Shown here: in pieces, positions 36,230 through 45,264 of the stretch
How positions within the stretch are numbered: the first letter of the stretch is position 1
Layout of the letters: every line of letters begins with the position of its first letter
Assembly: GCA_963825325.1 (NCBI GenBank)
Contig: CAWGSU010000005.1
Location: forward strand, 119,736-183,735
DNA length: 64,000 bases
Source: an uncultured Actinomycetes bacterium
GTDB lineage: Bacteria > Actinomycetota > Thermoleophilia > Gaiellales > JAICJC01
Direction of reading: 5' to 3'
Program-made: the position numbers and the translations under genes
Notes under the pieces: model-generated
What the model was told of the DNA's origin: nothing
Databases searched by the model: none
Seen by the model: the letters and a program-made list of their open reading frames with translations, nothing else

Positions 36230-37984
36230 GTGACAGATCAGTCCGACTACCCGGTGGACATGCAGAGTCGCGCGGGAATACCCTGGAACGGGCGGACCGG
36301 GGCTCAGGTCACGGTGCTCGCGGGCACCCCATATCGCCACGAGCGGCTCGAGGATCGCTGGGTGATGCGCTCGGTCGCGCCGTCGATCGAGTCGATCACG
36401 GGCTATCCGCCCGCCGCGCTCCTGGGCGAGGGTGGCCGGCCCTACGCGAGCCTGGTGCACCCCGACGACCTCGAAGCGATGACGGCGCTCTTCCGGGAGG
36501 CGCTCGACCGGCGCGAGGCGTATGCGATCGAGTATCGCCTCGTCCACGCCGACGGCAGCACCCGCTGGGTGCAGGGCCACGGCCAGGGCGTCTATGGGCC
36601 CGACGGCGTGGTCGAGCACGTCGACGGCGTCCTCTACGACGTCACGGCGCGCCGGTCAGGCGAGGAGCGGCTCGCGCATCTGGCGCTGCACGACCCGCTC
36701 ACCGATCTGCCCAACCGCGCGCTCTTCCAGGAGCACCTCACGGTTGCGATCGCGAACGCGGCCCGGACCGGCTTCGGCGGTGCGGTGCTCTTCATCGACC
36801 TCGACGACTTCAAGCTCGTCAACGACACCTTCGGGCACGCCGTCGGCGACGAGCTGCTGGTGATCGTGGCCAGGCGGCTGCGGGGGTCCTGCCGCGCCGG
36901 CGACGTCGTCGCCCGCCAGGGCGGGGACGAGTTCCTCGTGCTCGTCCAGGGCACGGACACGTGCGAGACATCTCCGGAGGCGGCCGCGCAGACGGTCGCG
37001 GCGAACCTGCGCGCAGCGCTCGCGAAGCCGTTCCCGCTCGCGGGCACCGATCTCTACGTCACCTCGAGCATCGGCGCGAGCCTCTTCCCGATCGACGGCG
37101 ACACGGCCGAGACGCTGCTCAAGCACGCCGACATCGCCATGTACGCAGCCAAGGACGGCGGCCGTGACGGATACCGCCTGTACCAGCCGCCCAAGCAGGA
37201 CTCGAGCGTCCCGCTCGCGCTCGCCACGCAGCTGCGGACGGCCGAGCGCCGCGACGAGCTCGAGCTCTACTACCAGCCGATCGTCGACCTCGCCCAGTCG
37301 TGCATCGTCGGCGCCGAGGCGCTGATCCGCTGGAACCACCCCGAAGAGGGTCTGCTCCTGCCCGAGGCCTTCCTGCCCGCCGCCGAGCGCACCGGCTTGA
37401 TCCGGCCGATCACGGCGTGGGTGCTCGAGCGGGCGTGCATCGAGGCGCGGCGCTGGTGCGACCACGACCTCGACCTGTACGCCGCGGTGAACCTGCCGCC
37501 GGCCTACTGGCAGGCGGCCGCGATCCGGCGCGTGATCGCGACGGTCGAGTCGTTCGGCCTCTCGCCCGACCGGATCATGATCGAGCTCAGCGAGCAGGCG
37601 GCGATGACCGACATCACCGACCTCGAGCCGATGCTGCGCGAGATCCACTCGCAGGGCCTGCGCCTGGCAATCGACGACTTCGGCACCGGGTACACGTCAC
37701 TCGAGCGGCTGCGCCGCCTGCAGCCGAGCATGGTCAAGATCGACCGCTCGTTCGTGCGCGACCTGCCGCACGACCACGATGCCGGCGTCCTGGTCGAGAC
37801 CATGATCACGATGGCGGCGAAGCTCGGCATCCAATGCCTGGCCGAGGGCATCGAGACCGAGGCGCAGCTGACGTTCCTGCGCGAGCACGGCTGCCAGGTC
37901 GGCCAGGGCTTCCTCTACAGCAAGCCGCTGCCGACGGCGCAGTTCAACGCCCTGCTCACGGGCGACCAGCGCAAGGCGGCTTAG
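36230..37984 (+). CDS. PAS-GGDEF-EAL protein
   Basis: PAS_3-like 'LVHPDD...EYRLVHADGSTRWV'; 'RQGGDEF'; 'AEALIRW', 'DDFGTGY'; start 36230 or 36260. Confidence 0.9.
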   Translation: MTDQSDYPVDMQSRAGIPWNGRTGAQVTVLAGTPYRHERLEDRWVMRSVAPSIESITGYPPAALLGEGGRPYASLVHPDDLEAMTALFREALDRREAYAIEYRLVHADGSTRWVQGHGQGVYGPDGVVEHVDGVLYDVTARRSGEERLAHLALHDPLTDLPNRALFQEHLTVAIANAARTGFGGAVLFIDLDDFKLVNDTFGHAVGDELLVIVARRLRGSCRAGDVVARQGGDEFLVLVQGTDTCETSPEAAAQTVAANLRAALAKPFPLAGTDLYVTSSIGASLFPIDGDTAETLLKHADIAMYAAKDGGRDGYRLYQPPKQDSSVPLALATQLRTAERRDELELYYQPIVDLAQSCIVGAEALIRWNHPEEGLLLPEAFLPAAERTGLIRPITAWVLERACIEARRWCDHDLDLYAAVNLPPAYWQAAAIRRVIATVESFGLSPDRIMIELSEQAAMTDITDLEPMLREIHSQGLRLAIDDFGTGYTSLERLRRLQPSMVKIDRSFVRDLPHDHDAGVLVETMITMAAKLGIQCLAEGIETEAQLTFLREHGCQVGQGFLYSKPLPTAQFNALLTGDQRKAA

Positions 37985-38463
37985 CGCGCATCCGCGACGG
38001 TGCGGAAGTGCGCGAACAGCTGCTCCCAGCCCTCGGCGTAGCCGTCGCGCTTGCCCGCATCGGCGCCGAGGAGCTCCCAGCCACGGTGCTCGAGGTCGAT
38101 GCGTGTGCCGTCGCCGTCCGCAGTGAACACGAGCTCGACCTCCGTCGCCGGACCGTCGGCGAGCGTCGGCTTCCAGCTCATCACGAGCCTGGTCGGCGGC
38201 TCCCAGACGCGGATCGTGCCCCACGACGCCTCGGTGCCGTCGGACATGTGCTCGAGCACGCGGCCGCCGGCGTGCTTCTCGAAGGTGACCGACTCGGCCT
38301 GCACCCGGCCCTCGAAGGTGTCGGCGGCGATGCTGTGCGTGTGCAGCGGCCACCAGCCGTCGAGCCCGTCGGTGAAGAGGGCGAACGTCTCGGCGACGGG
38401 CCGGCGCACGACCACGCTCGTGCGTACGGGTGCGACGGTGGCGGGCTGGTCATCGGTCTGCAT
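37981..38463 (-). CDS. SRPBCC/AHSA1-like protein
   Basis: 'FTDGLDGWWP', 'WEPPTRLVMSW', 'TEVELVF', 'LEHRGWE'; GAGGAGG RBS. Confidence 0.85.
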   Translation of the reverse strand: MQTDDQPATVAPVRTSVVVRRPVAETFALFTDGLDGWWPLHTHSIAADTFEGRVQAESVTFEKHAGGRVLEHMSDGTEASWGTIRVWEPPTRLVMSWKPTLADGPATEVELVFTADGDGTRIDLEHRGWELLGADAGKRDGYAEGWEQLFAHFRTVADAR

Positions 38464-38785
38464 CGGTGCTCCTCCTCGGGGTCGGGGGCGGCGGCTCGGC
38501 GGCGGCGGCGAAGTCGGCGAGCGCGTCCGTCCACATGCGCTCGACGTAGGCGCGCAGCTCGGCCAGGCCGTCCGGGTTGGCCGAGTGGATGCGGCGGGTG
38601 CCGTCGCGGCGGTCGTGGACGAGGCCGACGTCACGCAGGACGCGCAGGTGCTGGGACACGGCCGGCCGGCTGACCGGCAGCTCCTCGGCCAGCTCGCGCA
38701 CGTTTCGGGGGCGCTGCACGATCGACTCGAAGATCTGGCGCCGGGTCGGGTCGGCGAGCGCGCTCAGCATCGTCTGGTAAGCCAT
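38450..38785 (-). CDS. ArsR/SmtB-family regulator
   Basis: 'ALADPTRRQI', 'VSRPAVSQHLRVL', 'GTRRIHS'. Confidence 0.9.
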   Translation of the reverse strand: MAYQTMLSALADPTRRQIFESIVQRPRNVRELAEELPVSRPAVSQHLRVLRDVGLVHDRRDGTRRIHSANPDGLAELRAYVERMWTDALADFAAAAEPPPPTPRRSTDADR

Positions 38786-38826
38786 GGCTTACCGTGAGTC
38801 TACGCTTACCGATCGCGCGTTGTCAA
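38776..38826 (-). promoter_or_regulatory. ArsR operator and promoter
   Basis: Perfect 18-bp palindrome GGTAAGCCATGGCTTACC (38776-38793); extra half-site GCTTACC (38804-38810); TTGACA-N18-TAGACT on the - strand. Confidence 0.7.
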
Positions 38827-39401
38827 ACGCGGCCGTCGGCGCGCAGCGCCCGCCACTCGCGGTCAAGGAGCGCGTAGTCGAGCTCGCTCTGCCACTCGCC
38901 CTTGACCCACTCGTTCTCGATCAGGAGCGCCTCGCGGCGCATGCCGAGCTTCTCGAGCACGCGCGCCGACGCGACGTTTCGGGCCTCGAGCCGGCCGATG
39001 ATGCGGTGCAGGGCGACGTCGGCGAAGCCGAACTCGAGCAGCGGCCGCGTCGCCTCGGCGGCATAGCCGTTGCCGTGGTGGTCGGGGTGCAGCACGAAGC
39101 CGATCTCGCCCAGGCCGTGCTCGCGGCTGGCCCAGTGCAGGATGCAGCCGCCGGCCATGGCCCCCGTCGCGCGCAGGCACACTGCAACCGAGATCGTGTC
39201 GCCCTCGTCGGCGAGTGCCGTCTGCCCGATCTTGCGTGCGAGGATCGCCCGCACCTCGTCGGTGCCGCGGGGCTCGGAGTAGAGGTAGCGGTTGACGTCG
39301 GCGCGCGACTCGATCGCGAGCAACGCGTCGAAGTCATCCGGCCGGTATGGCCGCAGGAGCAGGCGCTCCGTCTCGATGGGATAGGCCGGCGCGAACGCCA
39401 T
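38823..39401 (-). CDS. GNAT N-acetyltransferase (RimJ/RimL type)
   Basis: 'IETERLLLRP', 'GEIGFVLHPDHHGNGYAAEA', 'NVASARVLEKLGM'. Confidence 0.9.
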   Translation of the reverse strand: MAFAPAYPIETERLLLRPYRPDDFDALLAIESRADVNRYLYSEPRGTDEVRAILARKIGQTALADEGDTISVAVCLRATGAMAGGCILHWASREHGLGEIGFVLHPDHHGNGYAAEATRPLLEFGFADVALHRIIGRLEARNVASARVLEKLGMRREALLIENEWVKGEWQSELDYALLDREWRALRADGRV

Positions 39402-39410
39402 CCCCGAGTT

Positions 39411-40328
39411 CTACACCCCCAGCCCTCGCAGCACCTCGCGGTTGTGGCGGGCATCCTCGGCCAGCGACGCGACCGTCTGCCCGGGCCGCAGGTGCCGGTC
39501 CTGCTCGATCACCACCCAGTCGTCGTAGCCGAGGCCGCGCAGGCGCTCGACGATCTCGGCCAGGTCGACGCTGCCCTCGCCGAAGAGGCAGAACACACCC
39601 CGCCGCCACGCCTCCTCGAGGCCGAGCCCCCGCGTGCGGATCTCGTGCATGACCGCCCCGTCGACGTCCTTCAGGTGCACGTGCGTGACGAGCTCCCCAT
39701 AGGTGTCCAGGAATGCGACGGGGTCGCCGCCGCCGAAGAGCGAGTGCCCGCTGTCGAAGCAGAAGCCGAGCACGCCCGGATCGACCAGCGAGGCGAAGCG
39801 GTCGATCTCGCGCGGCGTCTCGACGTAGGTGCCGCCGTGGTAGTGGAACGCCGGCCGGTAGCCGTGGGCGAGGCAGCGCTCGGCCGCGCGCTGGGCGTTC
39901 TCGACCAGGAGCGCGAAGCGCGCGTCGCCGAGCCAGGCGTCGGGCAGCTCCTCGATGCGGCCGGCGCCCGCCATCCGTTCGGGCTCGCAGAACGCATCCG
40001 AGATCAGGGCCAGCGGCCGCGTGTCGCCCGGCGGGGTGGTCTCGTCGAGGATGCCGAGCGCCCGGTCGAGGAAGGCCATGTCCTCGGCGATGTGCTCCTT
40101 GCGCGAGAGCCGCAGGGGCAGGAACGAGCCGACGAGGGCGAGATTGCGCTCGGCGAGCGCCGCGGCGGTACCGGCGGCGTCGCCGAAGTAGCCGGGCGGG
40201 CCGAGCTCGGTGCCCTCGTAGCCGGTGTCGGCCATGGCGTCGAGGACTGCGGTCGGATCCGGCAGCCCTTCGTCCTCGGTCGTGAGCTCGAAGATGCCGA
40301 AGGACACGGGCGCGGAAGCGACCCTCAT
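39411..40328 (-). CDS. iolE: IolE-like sugar phosphate isomerase/epimerase (probable inosose dehydratase)
   Basis: 'ASAPVSFG', 'GYEGTELGP', 'FHYHGGTYVET', 'DSGH', 'HVHLKDV', 'VIEQD'; iol context. Confidence 0.7.
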   Translation of the reverse strand: MRVASAPVSFGIFELTTEDEGLPDPTAVLDAMADTGYEGTELGPPGYFGDAAGTAAALAERNLALVGSFLPLRLSRKEHIAEDMAFLDRALGILDETTPPGDTRPLALISDAFCEPERMAGAGRIEELPDAWLGDARFALLVENAQRAAERCLAHGYRPAFHYHGGTYVETPREIDRFASLVDPGVLGFCFDSGHSLFGGGDPVAFLDTYGELVTHVHLKDVDGAVMHEIRTRGLGLEEAWRRGVFCLFGEGSVDLAEIVERLRGLGYDDWVVIEQDRHLRPGQTVASLAEDARHNREVLRGLGV

Positions 40329-41143
40329 GGTGACTCCTCTCCGGTCAGGGGGACGCGTGGATCGCGCTCCATCGCCGGCCAGGCGTCGCGCGTCCAGGCC
40401 AGGTCGGGATCGTCCTCCGCCGCCATCGAGCGTTTCTCGGCGGCGAGCGCGTTCAGGTAGTAGCCGTGGTAGCCATGGGCGGCGCAGAACGGGTGGTAGC
40501 CGCGCGGCACGAGCAGCACGTCCCCGTCGCGCACCGTCCACGTCTCGTCCAGGTCGCCCGTGCGGCTGTAGAGCCGCTGCACCCCGAACGCCTCCGGCCG
40601 CTCGAAGCGGTAGGCGTACACCTCCTCGAGGTCGTTCTCGATCGGGAGCCGGTCCTGCTCGTGCTTGTGCGGCGGGTATGACGACCAGTTGCCGCCGGGC
40701 GTCAGCACCTCGACCACGAGCAGCCGGTGGGCGGGGAACTCGGGCGGGATGATGTGGTTGATCTGGCGGGTGGCGTTGCCCGATCCGCGCACCTCGACGC
40801 GCACGTCGGACGGCGCGATCGGCCGCACCGGATGGCCGCCGTCGGCACGGGCGGCGCAGACACCCACGAGCCCGTCGCCCTCGACGACGCACGCGCTGCC
40901 GGGCGGCGCATACAGCGCGCGCGGCAGGTCGGCGAACGGCGTCTCACGGTCGCCCAGGCTGTGGCGCTCGCCGGCGACGGTGGCCGAGAGGGCCCCGCCG
41001 AGGTTCACGAGGCAGACCTCGTCGGGGCCGGCGTCGATCGCGACGCTCCCGTGCACCGCGTGCGACCGGTACGAGAGCCACCGCCAGCCGGCCTGGTCCG
41101 GGGTCACGGGCGGCGCGGGCGCTCGCAGCATGAGGTCGCTCAC
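40325..41143 (-). CDS. iolB: 5-deoxy-glucuronate isomerase
   Basis: 'EVRGSGNATRQI', 'EVLTPGGNWSSYPPHKH', 'LEEVYAY', 'VPRGYHP'. Confidence 0.93.
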   Translation of the reverse strand: MSDLMLRAPAPPVTPDQAGWRWLSYRSHAVHGSVAIDAGPDEVCLVNLGGALSATVAGERHSLGDRETPFADLPRALYAPPGSACVVEGDGLVGVCAARADGGHPVRPIAPSDVRVEVRGSGNATRQINHIIPPEFPAHRLLVVEVLTPGGNWSSYPPHKHEQDRLPIENDLEEVYAYRFERPEAFGVQRLYSRTGDLDETWTVRDGDVLLVPRGYHPFCAAHGYHGYYLNALAAEKRSMAAEDDPDLAWTRDAWPAMERDPRVPLTGEESP

Positions 41144-42087
41144 AGGAGGTCTCCTTCGGTTGGCATCGCGATCGAGCATCCGAGGCGCGCGGCGACATGG
41201 GCGCCGGCGCGGTTGGCGAGGGCGGCCGCCTGTGCCGGAGTGTCGCCGCGCAGCAGCCGCCAGCCGAGCGCAGCCGCGAACGCGTCCCCCGCGCCGAGGC
41301 CGTTCACGACCGCCACCGGGTGCGCCGCGATCCGCGCGGTGCTGCCGTCGCGCATGTGCACGGTCGCCCCGTCGGGGCCGTGCTTCTGCACGATCACGCC
41401 CGGCCCGAGGGCGAGCAGCCGCGTCGGCTCGTTCACACCCGCAGCCGCGGTGATCTCCTCGTCGGAGCCGAGCACGATGTCGGCCATGCGGGCGCACACG
41501 CGCACCGCCGCGGCGTAGTCGGCCGGGTCGTCCCACAGCATCGGCCGCCAGTCGAGGTCGAGCACCGTCGTGCCGGCGCCGTCGGCGCGCGCCTCGGTCA
41601 CGGCCGTCGTCGCGAGCCGCGACGGCTCGCGCGCGAGCCCGGTGCCGCTGACGTAGACGAGCGGCGCGGCGGCGATAGCCGCCAGGTCGAGGGCGCCCGG
41701 CGCGACCTCCCAATCGGGGCATGTCGGCGTGCGGTAGAAGGTGATCGGGAAGCGGTCGGGCGGCCAGGCCTCGCAGAATGCGAGCGCCGTGCGCAGGGTG
41801 GGATGCACGCCGAGCCAGCGGCAATCGACCCCCTCGGCCTCGAGGAAGCTGCGCACGAAGCGGCCGTGGCCGTCGTCGCCCACGGCCGAGACGATCGCGA
41901 CCCGCACCCCGAGCCGGGCGAGGCCGGTGGCGACGTTCGCGGCGAACCCGCCGACGTACTTGTGGAAGCCCTCGACGTCCTCCAGCAGCGTCTCCAGCTG
42001 CATCGGGTAGAGGTCGACGCCGGCCCGGCCCATGACGACGGCCTCCGGCCGTGCCGGTGGGTGTTGCGCGGAGAGGGCGGACGGCAC
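41140..42087 (-). CDS. iolC: 5-dehydro-2-deoxygluconokinase (PfkB family)
   Basis: 'MGRAGVDLYP', 'GGFAANVATGLARLG', 'DLDWRPMLW', 'GLGAGDAF'; start uncertain (42087 chosen). Confidence 0.88.
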   Translation of the reverse strand: MPSALSAQHPPARPEAVVMGRAGVDLYPMQLETLLEDVEGFHKYVGGFAANVATGLARLGVRVAIVSAVGDDGHGRFVRSFLEAEGVDCRWLGVHPTLRTALAFCEAWPPDRFPITFYRTPTCPDWEVAPGALDLAAIAAAPLVYVSGTGLAREPSRLATTAVTEARADGAGTTVLDLDWRPMLWDDPADYAAAVRVCARMADIVLGSDEEITAAAGVNEPTRLLALGPGVIVQKHGPDGATVHMRDGSTARIAAHPVAVVNGLGAGDAFAAALGWRLLRGDTPAQAAALANRAGAHVAARLGCSIAMPTEGDLL

Positions 42088-42154
42088 GGGCTGGTTTCGA
42101 TCTGGAGAAAACGCCACTTGACAACGCGGAATTCGAGGCAGAAGATACGCGATC

Positions 42155-42172
42155 GGTTGAAACGTTTCAACC
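42155..42172. promoter_or_regulatory. LacI-family operator GGTTGAAACGTTTCAACC
   Basis: Perfect 18-bp palindrome with the LacI-type AAACGTTT core, between the divergent iol operons; TTGACA at 42118-42123. Confidence 0.8.
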
Positions 42173-42191
42173 CCGAAGCCGGAGTCCCCGT

Positions 42192-43154
42192 TTGCAGATC
42201 GGCGTGTTCAACGACGGCCTTGCGCATCTGACGCGAGAGCAGGCCTTCGCCTGGTGCGGCGAGCGCGGGATCGAGCGCATCGAGATGGGGGTCGGCGGAT
42301 GGGCGCAGGCCGTCCACCAGCTCGACCTGGACGAGCTCCTGCGCGAGCCGGCCGCGCGCGACCGGCTGGCCGGCGAGCTGCGCGCCCACGGACTCGAGCT
42401 CTCGTGCGTGAATGCCGCCGGAAACCCGCTGCACCCGCACCCGCCGATCGGCGAGCGCCACGCCGCGCTCGTCCGCGGCGCCATCGAGCTCGCCCACCAC
42501 ATGGGGGTGGGCCGCGTCGTCACCATGAGCGGGTGTCCGGGCAGTCGCGACGGCGGCGAGACGCCCGTGTTCGCGCCGTGGGCGCTCACGCCCGACGACG
42601 AGGCCCTCTGGGAGTGGCAGCTCGAGCATCGCCTGGGCCCGTTCTGGCACGAGCTCACGGCGTGGGCGGCCGCGGCGGCGCCCGGAGTCCGGATCTGCCT
42701 CGAGCTGCACGCGGGCGCCTCGGCGTACTCGAGCGGCTCGTTCCTGCGCGTGGCCGAGCACGCCGGGCCCAACCTGGGCGTCAACTTCGACCCGAGCCAC
42801 TTCTGGTGGCAGGGGATCGACCCGCTGTGCGTCATCGAGGACGTTGGCGATCGGATCGGATTCGCCCACGGCAAGGACACCCTGATCCACGCCGACCGCG
42901 TCAGCCGCGAGGGCGTGATCGACTTCCGGCATCCGGTCGACCCGGATGTGGCCACGTGGCACTTCGCGGCGGTGGGCACCGGCCGCACGGTCGAGCGCTG
43001 GGGCGAGCTCCTGTCGGCCCTGCGCGGCGCCGGGTACGACGGCGACGTGTCGATCGAGCACGAGGACCCGCGCATGAGCGCCGAGGAGGGGATCGAGACC
43101 TCGCTGGCTGCGCTCCGGGCGGCGCTCAAGCTGGCGGAAGTCGCGGTCGGGTGA
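42192..43154 (+). CDS. Sugar phosphate isomerase/epimerase (xylose-isomerase-like TIM barrel)
   Basis: TTG start with GGAG RBS; 'GNPLHP', 'LELH', 'NFDPSH', 'HGKD', 'SIEHED'. Confidence 0.85.
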   Translation: MQIGVFNDGLAHLTREQAFAWCGERGIERIEMGVGGWAQAVHQLDLDELLREPAARDRLAGELRAHGLELSCVNAAGNPLHPHPPIGERHAALVRGAIELAHHMGVGRVVTMSGCPGSRDGGETPVFAPWALTPDDEALWEWQLEHRLGPFWHELTAWAAAAAPGVRICLELHAGASAYSSGSFLRVAEHAGPNLGVNFDPSHFWWQGIDPLCVIEDVGDRIGFAHGKDTLIHADRVSREGVIDFRHPVDPDVATWHFAAVGTGRTVERWGELLSALRGAGYDGDVSIEHEDPRMSAEEGIETSLAALRAALKLAEVAVG

Positions 43155-44098
43155 CGATCACGATGCACGACGTCGCCCGCAGATCCGGTGTCTCGGTGGC
43201 CACCGTCTCGAACGTCCTGCACTCGACCGCGCCCGTCTCGGCTGCGACCCGGACGCGCGTGCTGGCGGCGATCGACGAGCTCGGCTACCGCCAGAACGAG
43301 GTCGCGCGCTCGCTCAAACGCCGGGCCACGCGCACGCTCGGGGTCGTGATCCCCGACGCGCTGAACCCGTTCCACGCCACCGTCGCCCTCCAGGTCGAGC
43401 GGCGCGCCCACCGCGACGGCTTCGCCGTGCTCGTCGCCGAGACCGAGAACGATCCGGCGACCGAGTCGGCCCAGGTGCGGGCGCTCGTCGGCCGGCGCGT
43501 CGACGGCGTGATCTTCCCGGCGGTGACGGCGGGGTCGACGATCCCGGCGGAGCTGCTCGACCGAGGCGTTCCGGTCGTGGTGGTGTCGTTCGAGGGCCGC
43601 GACCCGCGCCTTGGCACCGTCCACGTCGACGAGTACGCGGCGATGGAGCAGGTCGTCGAGCACCTCACCGGCCTCGGCCATACGCGCATCGCCTTCGCCC
43701 ATTCCGGCGCCCACGAGGAGTCGGTCGACCGCCGCCCGGACGCGCTCGCCGCCGCGCTGCGCCGCCGCGGCCTCGACCCCGTTCCGCACGACGACCGCGC
43801 GACCGCGGTCTGCTGCACGAACGACGTGATCGCGATCGCGCTGATGGACCGGCTCGAGGGCGAGGGCCGCTCGGTGCCCGCAGACGTCTCGGTGGTGGGC
43901 TTCGACGACATCCCGCTCGCCTCCCACCGCCGCATCGACCTGACCACCGTCCGCCAGCCCGCCGAGGAGATGGGCCTCGTCGCGGCCGAGATGGTGCTCG
44001 CGGCGATCGCGGCGGGCGGGCACGCCGGCCGCAGCGTGGTCATGCCCGCCGAACTCGTCGCGCGGGGATCCACCGGCCCGGCGCGGAGGGACGCCTGA
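43151..44098 (+). CDS. LacI-family regulator
   Basis: 'TMHDVARRSGVSVATVSNVL', 'VSVVGFDD', 'LTTVRQP'. Confidence 0.93.
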   Translation: MTITMHDVARRSGVSVATVSNVLHSTAPVSAATRTRVLAAIDELGYRQNEVARSLKRRATRTLGVVIPDALNPFHATVALQVERRAHRDGFAVLVAETENDPATESAQVRALVGRRVDGVIFPAVTAGSTIPAELLDRGVPVVVVSFEGRDPRLGTVHVDEYAAMEQVVEHLTGLGHTRIAFAHSGAHEESVDRRPDALAAALRRRGLDPVPHDDRATAVCCTNDVIAIALMDRLEGEGRSVPADVSVVGFDDIPLASHRRIDLTTVRQPAEEMGLVAAEMVLAAIAAGGHAGRSVVMPAELVARGSTGPARRDA

Positions 44099-45264
44099 TG
44101 GATGTCCGCTACCAGGGCGTGTCCAAGTCGTTCAGCGGCGTCGACGCGCTGATCGACCTCGAGCTCGACGTGCCCGACGGCACGTTCCTCGCGCTGCTCG
44201 GCCCGTCCGGCTGCGGCAAGACAACCGCCCTGCGCATCCTGGCGGGGCTCGAGGAGCCGACGTCCGGCAGCGTGTTCCTCGGCGACCGCGACGTCACCCG
44301 CCTGCAGCCGAAGGACCGCGACGTGGCGATGGTGTTCCAGAGCTACGCGCTCTACCCGCACAAGAGCGTGGCCGACAACATCGCCTACCCGCTGCGCGTG
44401 CGCAAGGTGCCCAAGCCCGAGCGGGCCGATCGCGTCGCCGAGGTGGCACGCATGCTCTCGATCGACGGCCTCCTCGACCGCATGCCGCGCGCGCTCTCCG
44501 GCGGTCAGCGGCAGCGGGTCGCGCTCGCCCGCGCGATCGTGCGCGAGCCGCGCGTGTTCCTGATGGACGAGCCGCTCTCCAACCTCGATGCGCAGCTGCG
44601 GCTGCAGATGCGGATCGAGATCAAGCGCCTCCAGAAGCAGCTCGGCGTGACCACCCTCTACGTCACCCACGACCAGGTCGAGGCGATGACGATGGCCGAC
44701 ATGGTGGCCGTGATGCACGACGGCCGCCTGCAGCAGCTGGCCGCGCCCGCCGACCTGTACGCGCACCCGGTCAACCTGTTCGTCGCCCGCTTCTGCGGCT
44801 CGCCGCCGATGAACGTGCTCGAGGGCGACGTCGCCGGCGGCATCTTCACCCACGCGACCGGCGCGATCGACCTCGGCGGAGAGCCGGTGCGCGGCGCCGC
44901 CAAGCTGGGCTTCCGGCCCGAGCACGCCGCGATGGTCGCCGCCGGAGCCGCGAATTCGCTGCGCGGCGAGGTCTACGTGGTCGAGCCGCTGGGGAACGAG
45001 ACGCTGATCACGATCGCGATCGGCGGCGAGCTCGTCAACTTACGGGCCGCCGCCGGCGTCGAACCCGTAATCGGCTCGCCTGTAGGCATCGAGCCCGACC
45101 GTGCCCACCTGCACCTGTTCGACGCGACCACCGGCGCCGCGATCACCGCGGCGCCTGCACACAAGGAGGAGCCCGCGCCATCGCCCCCGCCGTCCCCCGC
45201 AGCACCGTCGTCCGAACCGGCCCTCGAAGGAGGAGCGTTGCATGAGCGACATAACGACCAGTGA
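44098..45264 (+). CDS. Carbohydrate ABC transporter ATP-binding protein (MalK/MsmX type)
   Basis: 'GPSGCGKTT', 'LSGGQRQRVA', 'MDEPLSNLD'. Confidence 0.95.
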   Translation: MDVRYQGVSKSFSGVDALIDLELDVPDGTFLALLGPSGCGKTTALRILAGLEEPTSGSVFLGDRDVTRLQPKDRDVAMVFQSYALYPHKSVADNIAYPLRVRKVPKPERADRVAEVARMLSIDGLLDRMPRALSGGQRQRVALARAIVREPRVFLMDEPLSNLDAQLRLQMRIEIKRLQKQLGVTTLYVTHDQVEAMTMADMVAVMHDGRLQQLAAPADLYAHPVNLFVARFCGSPPMNVLEGDVAGGIFTHATGAIDLGGEPVRGAAKLGFRPEHAAMVAAGAANSLRGEVYVVEPLGNETLITIAIGGELVNLRAAAGVEPVIGSPVGIEPDRAHLHLFDATTGAAITAAPAHKEEPAPSPPPSPAAPSSEPALEGGALHERHNDQ

